A stretch of DNA of 64,000 nucleotides, taken from NCBI RefSeq assembly GCF_009914755.1, contig NC_060928.1; one strand, 5' to 3'. A program made the position numbers and the translations under genes. Below are positions 1-18,052 of this stretch, piece after piece (the first letter of the stretch is position 1; each line of letters begins with the position of its first letter). The stretch is from the human T2T-CHM13v2.0 reference genome, Homo sapiens. Below the pieces are notes generated by a model. That model saw nothing but the letters and a program-made list of their open reading frames with translations. It ran no database searches and was not told the origin of the DNA.

Positions 1-1616
1 ACAGACTCCTGTTGGGACCTTTTGCGGGGGTTCCCCAGGCAGAAGGCTCACAGCTATTGTGCAGCAAAAATCTACTGCAGCACTATGGGCTGTGGTGGGG
101 GACAGATAACGTATGGGGGTGAGAGAATGGCCTGAGCTGGAAATGCCCTGGTTTAGAACAGGGCCTGGGATGGGCCCCTCAGGGAGTTTCCCAAAATCGG
201 GTTCAAATCTTTATCAAACTTAGAGTGACACTGATTAGCCCAAAATTTCCTTTTTTACATTTTGGACATATTTCAGGATCAGCAGTTTTCTTTTTCCCCT
301 ATCTGGTGGCCTGACTCCGTGATTTTTTTTTACATTATTTTTAGTATGACCACGCTTCCCACAGTTAAAACAAGCTCCAGGAAATAGAGTATTTCCTTTA
401 TCCACTCTCAGTCCTGCCATCGCCTGTGCCAACAAAGTAGCTTTATGTAGATTATCTCTGATATCATCACAGTCCTTGTTATAATCAACTAAATGTGCTT
501 TCCCTCTGATAGGTCGCAGAGCAGCCTGGCAATAAGGATTAGCATTGTCAAAACCAATAACTGCAACACTATATCCTAAGCAGCCAAATCTGCAATCATC
601 TTTTTAAGAGACTCCTGTAACCAAGCTATAAAATCCACATATGGTTCTCTTGGTCCCTGTTTTATAGCACTAAAGGAAGGGTATTGTTCTCCACATGAAG
701 TGATTTTTTCCAAGCTCTAATGCACACTCCTCTAAGCTGTTCTATGGCATCATCCTGCATGACCACTAGTGCATGTAAACCAGCCCAGCCACCAACCCCC
801 AAAAGTTGGTCTGCAGTTATATTAATTTGAGGTTGGGCCCAGGAATTGCGAGCAGCCTGAATGGAAGCTTCATCTGCCTACTAAGTTTTAAACTGTAAGA
901 ACTGAGCAGGAGTTAGACAAGCTCGAGTAAGAGTGTCCCAGTCAGTAGGAATCATCCGACTGGAAACAGCAACATTCTTTAACAGTCCCATTTCAAAAGG
1001 AGAACCTGGTCCATACTGATTTATAGCTTGTTTAAATTTTTTGAGTAATTTAAAAGGAAAAGGCTCAAATGTAGCTATAATATTTCCCTGTTGATCTGGG
1101 GAGTGTATTCAAACAGGGAACTGCCAAGCCTCTAAATCCCACTTTTGTCTAGCTTGCTGTATTCCTGCCTGAATAGAACTAAGAGCAGTCGCTCAAGGCG
1201 CTGCTCGAACAGTCACCAGGGCAACTACTTTTCACCCAGTGTCCTCCAGAAAAGAAAGATCTGGAGGGTCGTTTTCTTCAAAATAATAATGACGGTGTGC
1301 AGAAGGGTAGGGATGAACCTCTCCCTCCTTTTATGCTTTAGCTTTAGGTGACAAATAAACCTGGTCTGTAACCTCTACTGTTACTTTGTTATACTCTCCT
1401 TTCTCCTCATCATCAGTGTGAAAAAGTTCCAAGGTAGAACGAACCACAGCCCACACTTGTCCTATTGCTACCCTGATGCTTCAGAGCTCCCCTTCTAACT
1501 CACCACGGGGATTGCTTTAAGAGTACTCGGGTGTCCTCCAGCTAGTTCCACATTCTCCAGTCGTTGCTCCAGTGATCCTTTGACCTGTATTCGAGTCCCC
1601 ATGTATGGGCACCACT
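1..1616 (-). mobile_element. HERV-K HML-3 (HERVK9) internal region: leader, degraded gag, start of dUTPase/pro; continues beyond the window start
   Basis: Minus-strand ORF 235-435 contains a CCHC knuckle (CFNCGKRGH). Bases 1-110 translate to a betaretroviral dUTPase-like stretch (SAAVDFCC...LLPGEPPQKVPTG). A PBS-like TGGTGCCCATACATGGGG lies at ~1597-1614, next to the LTR. Confidence 0.85.
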
Positions 1617-2067
1617 TGCTGAGACCAGGTCTGTTGGAGAGACCCTAACCCAGCAGCACTAGAGGAATTAAAGACACACACACAGAAATATAGAGGTGTG
1701 AAGTGGGAAATCGGGGTGGAGGGTCTTACAGCCTTCAGAGCAGAGCCCTGAACAGAGATTTACCCACGTATTTATTAACAGCAAGCCAGTCATTAGCATT
1801 GTTTCTATAGATATTAGATTAACTAAAAGTATCCCTTAATCTTAAGGCACAGATCACTCATACTATTGTTTGTGGCTTAAGAATGCCTTTAAGTGGTTTT
1901 CCACCCTGGACGGGCCAGGTATTCCTTGTCCTCATTCCAGTAAACCCACAACCTTCCAGCGTGGGTGTTATGGCCATCATGAACATGTCACATTGCTGCA
2001 GAGATTTTGTTTATGGCCAGTTTTGGGGCCAGTTTATGGCCGGATTTGGGGAGGCTTGTTCCCAACA
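1617..2067 (-). mobile_element. MER9 LTR (5' LTR of the HML-3 provirus)
   Basis: The minus strand begins TGTTGGGAACAAGCC...GGCCATAAACTGGCCCCAAAACTGGCCATAAACAAAATCTCTGCAGC, matching the recalled MER9 start. It has TG...CA termini and is followed by the PBS. Confidence 0.85.
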
Positions 2068-3843
2068 GTTCTTCTGGGTAAGGGTGCCCTAACTCCTGTG
2101 GGGACCTTCTTTGGTGGCTCCCCAGGAAGTAAGGAGATGGGAATTGTGCTGTAGAGGTCTACAGCAGCACTGCTTGCTGAGGCGGGGGACAATTGCTATA
2201 CATTTGTAAGGGCAGTGGCTGTGCTGGGTATGCCTCAGTTTGTTGAGGGGCTTGAGGCGGGTCCCCCTTCCTATTTCCTGAAAGAGGTTGTCCATCTTTG
2301 CTAAATTTAGAATGACACGGACTAGCCTAGTGATTGTCTTTCTTACACCAGGGACGTACATTGGGACTTTTCTGTTGATTGATGGTAGTAGTTTTCGTCT
2401 TTTGAATTCCTTTCTACATTCCTTTCTTGTGTGCAATTTGCCCACAATTAAGGAAAGAGCCTGAGAAATGAAGCATATTTTTTCCTTACTCTTAATCTAG
2501 CCACAGCCTGAGCTAAAAGAATAACCTTATGTAAGTTATCTCCAATGCCATCGCAAGCCTTAATATATTTAGTTAAATGGGCCCTCTCTGGGATCTAATA
2601 GCAGTTTGACACTGTGTATTAGCATTATTGTATGCAAGAAGCTGTATTACAACATCCTGAGCTGTTTTGATCATTTACGGCTTTATACACAGCCTCTTGG
2701 AGCTGAGCAATAAAATTAACATATGGTTCTTTAGGTCCTTGTCAGACAGAACTGAAATAAGGATACTTTTCCCCTGTAACATTTATCCTTTTCTATGCAT
2801 GTAAGCACATGAAGCACAGCTGAACAATGGCAACATCTTCCATTAGTGCTTGATTCTCTAATCAACCCCAGTTAGGGCCAACTCATATTAACTGATCAAA
2901 GAAAACAGGCACAGGTGGCTGCAGTTGTGTGTTTTCTTTTGCCTGAGTTTGAGCTTCATCAGCCTACCAAGTTTTAAACTGCAAGTACTGAGATGGAGTG
3001 AGAACAGGTTTTGTCAAAGTATCCTAATTATATGGTAGTAATCTATTATCAAGAGCCATATTTTTAAATAAAGTTTGCACAAAAAGAGAGTTCAGTCCAT
3101 ATTGACTAATGGCTTGCTTAAATTCTTTAGTAACTTAAAAGAGAAAGCAGCCTAATTAGCTATATTCTGTCCTACTTGCTGGATTATAGTAACGGGAAAT
3201 TGCCATGCTTCAAGGTCTCCCTTGGCTTTAGCTTTTTGAATAGAATTTTGTCTACCACCACCAATTGCTCCAGATTTTAATGTTGTAACTACAGGAGCAG
3301 TAAGTTTTTCAGCCAATTTATTTTCTCACCCATTTAGAGGAGAGAGAGGAGGTGGCCATTCACTTAATTCGGCAGGTGGAGCCAACGGGCTATTAAAACA
3401 TACTTTTTAAAGTTTTTCTTTCTTTTCTTTAATCTCCTCTGGTAGCTGCTCCCCACACTCAGAATTTGAAGTTAGTTTTTTACACTCATCCTCCTCTTCC
3501 TCATCTGAGTCTGCCTCATCATCTGTTTGAAATGGCTCAAGGGCTGCCTTTATTAGTGCCCACACTGACCATACAGAACCTGGAATTTCTGCTCCATCTT
3601 TATATGCCTTTTAAAAAATCTCTTCCAATTCTCTCCCATTCATCCAACTTCATAGTCCTTTGTTCTGGAAACCATGGGCAAAACTGCTTTACTGTACTAA
3701 AGAGTGATAACAAATTCTAAGTACTAAATTTCATTCCCCATCTTTGTATGTCCTCGGGTGTCTTTTGATGTTGTGTCCTCTGCTTTCACATGCTCCAGCC
3801 TTCCTTCACCGGGTCTTTGTCACCCCATGTTGGGTGCCAGGAA
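2068..3843 (-). mobile_element. HERV-K HML-1 (HERVK14) internal region: leader, degraded gag, start of dUTPase/pro, cut by the HML-3 insertion
   Basis: tRNA-Lys-type PBS TGGCACCCAACATGGGG at ~3823-3839. Zinc-knuckle remnant (LNCGQIAH) near 2420-2450. The dUTPase-like stretch SAAVDLYSTIPISLLPGEPPKKVPTG ends at the MER9 junction. Confidence 0.8.
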
Positions 3844-4127
3844 TGTTGGGGGTGATCAGACCCAACACTAGGTCATGGGGGTGATGAAGTCCGGCAGAGT
3901 CAAAAGAATGAGAAAAAGACAGTTTGAGAGAGAAAGTGGGACCAGGAGACCATCACGAGTGTGGAGTCTGCAAAGTCCCCAAGCTCTGGGAGCCTACGCT
4001 ATTTGTTGGTGCTCAAACAAACAGGTGGTGAGGATTTAAGGGTTGAAAGGAAACGGTGTATCAAGTGAATGAGAAACATATGGCCCTGCCTCAGCTTCTC
4101 TTCCAACACTCAGCTTTTCTCCCAACA
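3844..4127 (-). mobile_element. LTR14A-like 5' LTR of the HML-1 provirus, with an apparent internal deletion
   Basis: The minus strand begins TGTTGGGAGAAAAGCTGAGTGTTGGAAGAGAAGCTGAGGCAGGGC and ends GGTCTGATCACCCCCAACA, matching the recalled LTR14A ends. Confidence 0.8.
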
Positions 4128-4917
4128 CATTCCCCTTATGAACAGGAATAAAATAGGGATGCCTCTTCTCACCACTCCTGTTTAACAAGTCCTAGCCAGA
4201 GCAATCAGGCAAGAGAAAGCGATAAAAGGCATCCAAATAGGAAATGAAGACAAATTATCTCTCTTCACTGATGATATGATTCTACACCTAGAAATCCATA
4301 AAGACTGTGCCAAAAGGCTCCTAGAACTGATAAAAAAAGTCTTCAGCAAACTTTCAGGATTAAAAAAATCAACATATGGAAAGAAGTAGCATTTCTGTAC
4401 ACCAAAAATGTTTAAACTGAGAGGTAAATCAAGAGTGCAATCCTGTTTACAACAGCAACCCCCAAAATAAAATAAAATAAAAGAAGAATATGTCTAAGCA
4501 AGGAGGTAAAGGATATCTAAAGGGAGAACTACAAAACACTGCAGAAAGAAATCATAGATGACAAAGCAAATGGAAAACTATTCCATGCTCATGGATTAGA
4601 ATGATCAATATTGTTAAAATGGCTATACTGCCAAAAGCAATCTACACATTCAACATTATTCCTATGAAACAACCAATGTCGTTTTTCACAGAATTAGAAA
4701 AAAAATATTCTAAATTTCATATGGATTTTTAAAGAGCCCAGACAACCAAAGGAAACCTAAGCAAGAAGAACAAAGCTGGAGACATCACATTACTTGACTT
4801 CATACTATACCCTAAGGCCACAATAGACAAAATAGCATGGTAGCGATATGAAAACAGACACAAAGACCAATGAAACACAATAGAGAACCCCAAAATAAAC
4901 ATGCACCTACAGCCATC
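4128..4917 (+). mobile_element. Old L1 (L1PB/L1MA-like) ORF2 RT fragment, host of the HML-1 insertion
   Basis: Contains CTAGCCAGAGCAATCAGGCAAGAGAAA, an LFTDDM motif (equivalent to FADD) and AAAGCTGGAGACATCACATTACTTGACTTC. Confidence 0.85.
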
Positions 4918-5516
4918 AGCTTTCCCAGGATAACACAAAGAGAGCCAAGTGGCACCTGCACATTACACTGTGGAAGAAAAACCCAAGCTCAAGAAACCCC
5001 AACTTGTATTATGGGAAGTTCACTTGGCTGTACCCTTCCCAAGAGGGAGAAATTATCTGCATTATACTAGACAGTAAACAAACTTTTCCTTTGTTCCAGA
5101 AGGAGGTACTGGTTTTCTATTCCAAGGCTGTTTTCTATACAAACATTCTTGAAAACAATCATTTGGAACAAGAAAGTCAGCGTCCAAACTTGCAAAATTG
5201 CGGAAATTAAAGAGACCCAAAAACTGTTTCTCTACCAATTTCTATTTTTTAAAAATCACATTTTCCCCATATAATATGCCTTTAATATGTGATCATATTC
5301 TGAAATTGTCTTAGCATTTACCCCCATTTCTGAGTCCAGAAGGATACAATAAATTTAATTTAATTTAGTAACACTTCAAATAGTAGTGATTGTAATAGCA
5401 GAGCTAGTTTGAAGCATAAAGAAAAAATAATAATATTATTAGGTGACACAAATAATGCTAACCACCTTTCTAAATGTCATGGTAAGTACAGTGATTATTT
5501 TCTTTTTTTCTGACTC

Positions 5517-5684
5517 TTTTTTATTGTATTTTTTATTTTTTTTCCCATAGGTTATTGGGGTACGGTGGTATGTGGTTCCATGAATAACTTCTTTACTGGT
5601 TATTTGTGAGATTTGGGTGCACCCATCACCCGAACAGTGTACACTGCACCTTATTTGTTATCTTTTATCCCTCGCCCCCCTCCC
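5517..5684 (-). mobile_element. L1PB1-like 3' end
   Basis: T-rich tail followed by CCATAGGTTATTGGGGTAC...GGTGCACCCATCACCCGAACAGTGTACACTGCACC. Confidence 0.75.
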
Positions 5685-6402
5685 TATTAAATAATAGACA
5701 AAAAATAATGGGTTTAGAATAAATGAGTTCAAATGAATTGTCAAATGTATGTGGGGAAAGTGGAATCAGTTTGTGAGAAAAAGCAAAAAACTCAACAGAA
5801 ATTCTGATAAAGCATCATCCCTTCATGGCTAGAGCTACCAGGACACTAGAACACCAAAATCAGCTAGGGAAATTTTGTAGAAGTCCCAGATGTACTAAAT
5901 GTTCTGTGAATACACAGAGATATAATTATAACTGTTACCTGCATGTAGAGTAAAGATGAGAAGGCATTGGTCATGGTGGCAGCTACCTCAGGAGTTACAA
6001 AGCAGACGTGGTTACAGGACAGTGTATGTCAGGGCAAAGCTGTCCTAGGAGGCTATTAGGAGCTGCTTACGGCACAGACATTGTAAGTCAGATGGTCTCA
6101 TTACTTTCAATGACAAAACCAAAATTACTTTTGCATCAGCCTAATACAACGGCCTGGCAAGAGCACAGAAAAAGTCCCTGTGCTGTTAGGTGGGGACCTC
6201 TGATGCAGCACAATTCCTTCATCCCCTTCTCCAAAATCCCCCTCTTCCAATTCCACTGAAGAGAAAATCTGATGGAAGTGCTGTGTAAGTAGGCTCAGAT
6301 ATATCTACCACTATAGATAGTAGAGGTGATTCATAAATCCAAGCCTATCAAATACATCATAAATAAGTTACACATTTAATTTTTTTTTGAAATTAGGGAT
6401 CA

Positions 6403-6685
6403 TGATATAAAAGTTATCAGAATCAAAACTGTCACTAATGTTTAAAAAGAAAAGAAAAAACCTGGACAAATAGATTCAGAGAAGGCCTTGAAGAGAGGGT
6501 TCTCGTGCTTCTAGGCCTGATACAAACTATCACAAAATACCACAAAATCCACAACCTTGCACAAAGGCCATAGCAACCTTACACAAAATACACTTCTGTG
6601 AGGACATCTGTCCAGCAACCACCTGCCCAAACTTCAACTGACATCGACCTTGTTGTTGATCTTTATAGTCAAAGATAACTATAAC
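6403..6685 (+). mobile_element. ERV1 LTR fragment (MER67-like)
   Basis: AAAGTTATCAGAATCAAAA...CCACAACCTTGCACAAAGGCCATAGCAACCTTACACAAAA resembles the recalled MER67 family. Confidence 0.5.
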
Positions 6686-8089
6686 AAAAAGTCATGCATA
6701 TTCCCATTGCAGTGCCCTCCTCCCTAAGATGTGTCTTTTTCCTTTAGAGAGCCTTTCTCTGTTTGTTATTTAGGTTTACAATGAGAAGGCGTGTAAAGTA
6801 TTTTTATTGTCTTCCTAGGAAAAAATCACTGACTTACAATATTTATATTTATTTATTTACATTCTTGTGGATGAGGAATTAAAGATTTCACAAGTTTTCT
6901 TATTGAGAAGATGGAAGTTTTCATGTGAGCAAAACTGAATATGTAAATTGATATGTAAATTATGCTGCAGATAATATGCTCAAATGTTTACTTGTATTTA
7001 ATTTGTTACACATGAATATTGCATATGTAAGATAATATACTAAGAAATTATCACATTTAATGAAATGCTTTAATCAAATTCCTGATTGAATTTTTGATAT
7101 CAATATCTTTTTCCTTGTTTAATCCATCTTTAGAGTGAACAGGGATGTCTAGGCCAAAGTCCTCACTTCTATCTAAATTGTCTGAGTTACAGAACTTTTT
7201 GAATTTATTATGTTGTCACAGGAAGTTTCTTATTGCTTGTTTAAAGGAGTCTCTCTCAATATGACGCAGAATCCAAAAGCACTGAAGGGCATATATCCTG
7301 AGTTTCTGTTACTGAAGCCAAAGGTTGCCAATTTCTTGTAGATCCTGCCAGAGTTAAACTTCATTTAAGTAATCATTAAAAGCTGCATTTATTCCCTCAC
7401 TTGAACTTTTGATTTCACACTATTAGGACTAATCCTCTAAGTCTTTGCTAAGTTATGTTCCTCCTTTTCTTGTGGCTTGACTCTGATGCTCTCTATATGC
7501 AACATCAATTGACATAAAGTACATTCAGGGCAAGAGAATTTCTTTAAATATTACTTTGTTATTCAAAATAATCACAAAAGCACTCATCGTAGGAAAACTT
7601 GTGAGGACTCAAATATAGGGAAATAGTTTTTCTTTCTAAGGCACAATTCTCTAAAGAAGTTCACCTTAATTTGAATATACATGGGAAAATATCCTTGTTC
7701 ACTAATAGTCTATATTCACTCTGTTTTCTTCCCTCATAGACCAGCCGGTTCACTGTTATTCTCCAAATGATGTGTGCCTCTCTGGAGTCCAGGCTATCTG
7801 CATATCTAATTTTTCCCACAAATTACTGTTTTGAATTGCACTGAATTCAATTCAAGGGGATGTCATTTATAAACAGTGCAAATATATACTGCACGAGGGA
7901 TCTTAGAAATCATACACATGGTTTGATCCATAAGCTCATATGAGCGTGCAATGTCAACTTTTTCATGTTTTTTTAAATCCACTTAAATTCTATTTTAAGC
8001 CACCATCTGCCTGTGCTGTTAGGGCAGTTAGCCTTAAATCATTTTAAGATGCTCCCCTCTAAGTACTGTGATAGTGATAGAGATATCAC

Positions 8090-8430
8090 CAGTCAGGTGT
8101 CCTAGGAAGCCGACTCCGAGTTGGAGATTTGCATGCAAGGAGGTTGAAGTGATATTCCCAACACCTGTGGAAGAGTGAAAGCAATAGGATTGGGTGGAGC
8201 AGGAAGTCGGCTGGAATGCAATCACTATCATGGCCGCAGTCCACTCTACAAGGATCTTGGTGAGTTTACCTAATGACCTCGAATTGGAGCAAGAGAACCA
8301 GGTCATTATATTTCTGTACCAAGCAGTTCTCGGATGTGGGATGCCTTGAGAAGGGACATGAACTTGGATGAAGGAACTTTACTGTGCTGTGAGTATTGTT
8401 GCCAGGAGTCAGCTGTCAACACTCCCAGGA
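8090..8430. mobile_element. ERVL LTR16-like remnant
   Basis: GGAAGCCGACTCCGAGTTGGAGATTTGCATGCAAGGAGG...CAACACCTGTGGAAG...GGATTGGG resembles LTR16/LTR33. Confidence 0.45.
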
Positions 8431-9034
8431 GACGGGAAATTATGCTTTAGTCACTGAGGCGGCATGTAGTGTCAGACCACAGCCTTGTTAAACAGAGCCA
8501 GAATTTGGAGGATGGTTGGTGGGTTTAACATTTGGGGCTTGACATCTTGTCCCCACAAGCTGCTGCTGGCCTCTTCCTTGTCCATTTCTGTGTGACCTGT
8601 TTAGGAGCCGCAGCTTACTGCTTCTTCTTTACCATATTTGGAATGCAAAAATCTACACGTAATTTGGCCCATGGACCCTTCTGCTTAGACATATCCTTGT
8701 AGCTATTTTTTTTAAAAGATGACTATGCCTTCTAGAATATTTCTAAGAAACTGCCTAAGTCACCACTGCTCACCAAGAGGCCTTTGTTTTTTCCTCTTCT
8801 TAACCATGGGAAAGGAATGTAGGAGGGTAGAGAGTGGATATTTTCTAACCTGGAAAAAACTCATTTTACCCTATATGATTTTTGTTAGCAAATTCCTTCT
8901 TTGCACTTACTCCACAATCTTTCCAAATTCTCCCAAATGCTCAAGCTTTTAAAAAACAAAAGACAGAAAGATAGCAGGTTATTAGGTTTTCCAACAAACC
9001 TTTTCGTTCTATTCCTTTACATCAGTGAGCTTAG

Positions 9035-9463
<429 letters not shown>

Positions 9464-11689
9464 TTGCTTTGTAATTTTTACATCATATATCCCCTTTGTT
9501 AGACCAAGAGCTTGTAAAAGCCAGAAGACATACACCATTTATAGTTCAATTAGAGATGTTCACTGATAAAACTGATTCTTCCATCTGAGGGTGGTATTTG
9601 TAGTTACAGTAATGTAGATGACAATCTAAGTTATGTTCTATAAACTGTGTCACTGACATCTCAATCTACAGCTAACTTTAATTTTTTAAAAGCAGAGGAG
9701 TGGGTTGTATAGGTTTAGAAATACATTCATCAAGCTAGTTAAGTGAGATAGATTCAAACCTTCAACTCACTGGAATATTTACCAAATTGACTATTCATTA
9801 GCTAAAGGAGCCATATAAACAAGGTACTTTTTAAAATTCAAAATTATGTAAGGTTTTGTTTCCTTTTTATGCTGTTATGAATTGGATTGTAGAGGTTATA
9901 AGGTAAAATAAGGTTACTTTTACAGTAAAGCATACAACACATTGTCACAAGAGGGCAGCCTTTGAACATGAATTGCTTCTCAGGCATTCCTTGAAATTTT
10001 GAGACAGTTACTTTAATTAACACAACTAAATAATAAAACACTACAGAGGATCTAAGAAGATACTTTGACTTATGCATATTGTTATTTTTTTATTACTGCT
10101 AGTGGAAGATGTAATCTACAAGGAAGGCAAGGGCTGAATTTGTTTTATGTAAAAAGACAAATTTCTTTGGGTTTTAGCTTTCAAACATCAAGATAGTAGG
10201 TCAATGTCTAAATGAGTGTATCAAAGTTCTCACACTAGCACATGTAAATCCACCTCTTATCTACCCAAAACTCTAACCAAGCAAAGGCAAGTTGGAAGAA
10301 TCAGACAAATGTAAGGGCCTAGGATACATAAATGCCACTGGATTTTATGTTTTTAACTTTCAACCTCCCAAGTTTCACTAAGAGACATGTTATTTGGAGA
10401 GGTTGCTAAAGTGTAGTTGTATGATGTCTCTGTGTACGGTTGGTCTGGACCTCTTTCTGTCCAGTGGTTGCCCTCAACTGATTAGAGTCACCTCTCTAAA
10501 GATCATGCTTACGTCCCTGGAGCAGTCCACAGCACTATGAATGTCTGACCTCCACCTTTTTCCAATTAATATTTCTGTACTTACTGAATTGGAAAACATA
10601 CAGGTGTTTTTTGCCTGGACACTTGTGGTTTTACAACACTCCCCCCGCTTCCGCACCACTGCCCCAGGTGATTTTGTTGCCAGCCAAAGTGTGAGAACTA
10701 CTGGCAGATGCTGGCAGACAGCAGCAAAGGCCCAAATCCTCTGTGTGATTTCAAGACCCCTATCTGGTTTTCAGCCATATTTCCTTCTCCTTCTCACAGC
10801 TGAGCCCACTCCTCCTCCCTCACCACCTGTAGGCTATGCTTTCCAGCCTGTGTCCAGGATTAGTCCTGATGTAAGGCACTTGGGGTTTAAGGATCTCTCT
10901 CTTCAGTCTTATTTCCGCACCATTGCTGACAGATATATTCCAGTTGTAATCATGGGGCTACCTCCTTTTCTTTCCAGTCCCATGCTCATTTTCTCTATCA
11001 CTTTCTACCTTGTAATAACCTAAATCTTCTGGTGGGCAAGCTTCTTCCTCAATCAAATTTGTGTTTATGATTGTGTTGGGGATTGGCTTAGTAATCCAGG
11101 TACTGCTGCTGCCTTGAAAGCGGAGACTGCATCCTTCTGTCTGGATATCTTGAGTTTCTGGATTGTAAACCTTATTAGGGCCCATTTTTCCTAGAATTGG
11201 AGCCTCTACTTTGTTCTTGCTACTTTAGTTCACCCAGAAAGCACGATCTCTGCCTGAATTTCAAAGTGTTGGCTAGCTTAAATATCCTTTTGTGAGACTT
11301 TCGTCTTCCTGCGGGGTGATTTTTTCATCTTACATACCATTGCTAATCTTTTTATCTTGAATGTAATTGAAATAGTTTTAATCTGTGTTACCAGCAACAA
11401 GAACCCCTTTTATGAGTTGGAGAGGCCAGGTCAGTCTCATAACATGTGTCCCCCTCCGTGTGTTGAATTTATGTCAGAGCCAGGTTCTTTCCTATTTGAC
11501 GTCTCTCACCAAATTCCAGTGTTTGTGTCCTAGGAGGTGCCTAATAAATTCTAGAGTTGATAGAAGCTGCAATTTTTGAGAAATTAAATTAGCAAGTAGA
11601 ATTAGATTATATACAACCTAATCAACTTTTTTTTTTTCTGAGGATGACCAAGATTTGGGCTTCAGTGACAATAGTTGTCCCCTAAATAT

Positions 11690-15500
<3,811 letters not shown>

Positions 15501-18052
15501 ATTTTGTAGAGATAGGTTCGTTTATTTTCCTTTGAAGAATGACTCTTTTCTAACATTAGTCTTCTTTCCGTAGTCAAACACCAAACTTTCACTCCTGAGC
15601 TATATGCAATGGTTGAAATCTCTGCTCTGTACTAGCAATTTAGCTGTTGTTTTCTGCTGGATTCTATGGAGTCTCCTTTTATGAATGTGAAATGTAGCAG
15701 CCATGATATATCTGAATGAAGTTGAAGTGCTGATTTTAGATTTTTACTCTGTGATATTCTCCTCTGTGACTTTCAGTTGTGTGAGATTTCCTCCCATGTC
15801 ATTCAAATTTCCCAGTTGCTCTTTTCTGTCAGCCTGGAACTCTGTGCTCTTATTCCTCAAGCTAGTAAAACTCACCGCTTTACTCATAGACATCTAATTT
15901 TGCACAGACTGGGAAGCGTCATCAGGTGTGAAGTTGCATTGATGCAAATTTAAATCATTGCAATTTTCTTTATTCAATGGTCAAATACTTCATCATTAGT
16001 GGAGTATTCTACTATTTCTGCCTGTTTTCTGTTTCTCATTACCATCAAATGTGTATTTAATTTTTTTAGAGTTAATAGTTTTTTCCCTGCATTTGGGTTA
16101 GACCTGAGCTACTACCATATTTTGTAATTCAAACTTTTTGTCTAACAATGTTTTAGAAAACTCTTTATTTGGAGGGAATTCTCAAACTTCTAAATACTCT
16201 ACAAACATTAGGATCAGTGCTCACATTCCCAGTTTCCCTTGTAGCCAGATGTACATATGGAACATGGCCTCAGCTAATGAAGCATACCCACATATTTGAA
16301 AGTAAGAAAAGTGTTAAGAGGAACTGTAGATATCATTTTAGTTGATGCAAGGATGGAAAAAATTAACCAACTTTCACTGGTGAACTTTGTCTTCAATCAT
16401 TGTTTTCCCATGGGTAAGTGGCTAATTTTCTGGCCTAGAGGTGGCATTGGTGTGTTGGTAACAATTGATTTGATGATAACCTGCTTTTGTCTTTTTAAAA
16501 ATTGCTAATCCACCATTGTTTCTGGTCCTGTTTTATATTTATGCAGTGTATAATGTCTCATGCAAAATTTAGTTATTTGTTTCTCAGCTTAAACTGGATT
16601 TTGATGAGCAGTTTTCACCTTCAAATGAAAGAAATGGCTTTGGTTGATGTTAGACAAAAATAATAAGAAGGAATTAAAGAAATATGTTTGTCCTCTTGTA
16701 ACATTAAATAAATGAAACTGAAAATTCAATAATTCTGCTTCATAAAAAAATAGAAAGTTTCTACTGTTTTTCATTATTTTTGAGGCTGTATCATTAAATG
16801 AAATTTCTGCCTCATGGAAGGTTTTTAGAACTATGTAATAATACCATACAGACCATTAGGAGAGAAATGAATAAAAACTGAAAGAAGTAAGCACTGTGTG
16901 GTAACATAGATGGTGCACAGTTGTGTGCGTGGAGCCCTAATACATTTGACCATGGAATTTATACAATAAATATTAGTTTCCTGTGAACCTGCTAATTAAT
17001 ATGACTTTTGCAGACATTTCCTTAACCTAAACAGTTTGGGTTTCCTGTATATAGACTGCATGTATTCTCACCTTTAACCTTTCCATAATCTTCCCTAATT
17101 ACAGATGTCATTGGTTCTTAACAGCAAAAGAACAGCAGTAGCTTTTAAAGTTATATTATTTGTTTTTTACTAATATGTGAAGTGATTTTGTCTTTCATTT
17201 CACCTGTAGAGCTAATTATGTCTTCTAGGTTAACAAAAATTCCAGATCATACCATCATTAGTTTAAACTTTACAATGAAATCCTTATTTCCATTTATTAC
17301 TAGCCTGCATTATAGCAATATTTAGCTAATAAATTATCAAAATATTACTTGAAAGGTGAAAGAGTACCTCAAGTAAATGGTGTAATTTATTTATTTATCA
17401 GAATTTTAAATTAATTGTTCTGTTTAATCTCAAAGTGGTACCAATGAAGTCAGGGCATAAGGACTCCGTGGTTAATAAAATGGCAAGAATTAAAAAGGAT
17501 TATTACATTTTTTCCTCATACTATGATGGCTATAATTTTTTAAAACAGTAGAAATGTTTAATTTTTAAAGGCTACTAGTGTCTATTTCATTCAAAGATGT
17601 GAGCTCTTCAGTTCAACTTGTTGTTTGAAATTTGAACAGCTTTTTCTTGCTCTTGTTCAATACAGTTATTTAACAGTCCAGGCAGGCCTCCGGAGTTACA
17701 TATATGTATGTGGCTATGTGTGTATATATACACAGAAGTACAAATAGCATATAAACAATTTACATAAGACTTTTGCTTTTGATGAAAATTCTTCTAAAAG
17801 TGAATATAAATTAATAGCATATGGAGCCTACAAAAATTGTCTAATAGGGAACTAGGAAAAGATAATTTGTGAAGAAAGAGTTTGCTAAAACAGACTTTTT
17901 ATTTTTACATGTAATAACTTTATATTGAAGGGTTTCCAGAAATATAAAATGTTATAGGGCACTTATCCTGAGACACACGAAGGAGACAAGGGATAGAGCT
18001 AGGATGGAAGTGAAAATAAAGGACAAATAGAGATAGATACTTAAGTGGAAAT

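Noticed and set aside
10541-11023. 160-aa ORF in less obviously repetitive sequence
   Set aside because: No recognisable domain, promoter or splice context, and it partly overlaps L2-like decayed sequence. Likely a chance ORF.
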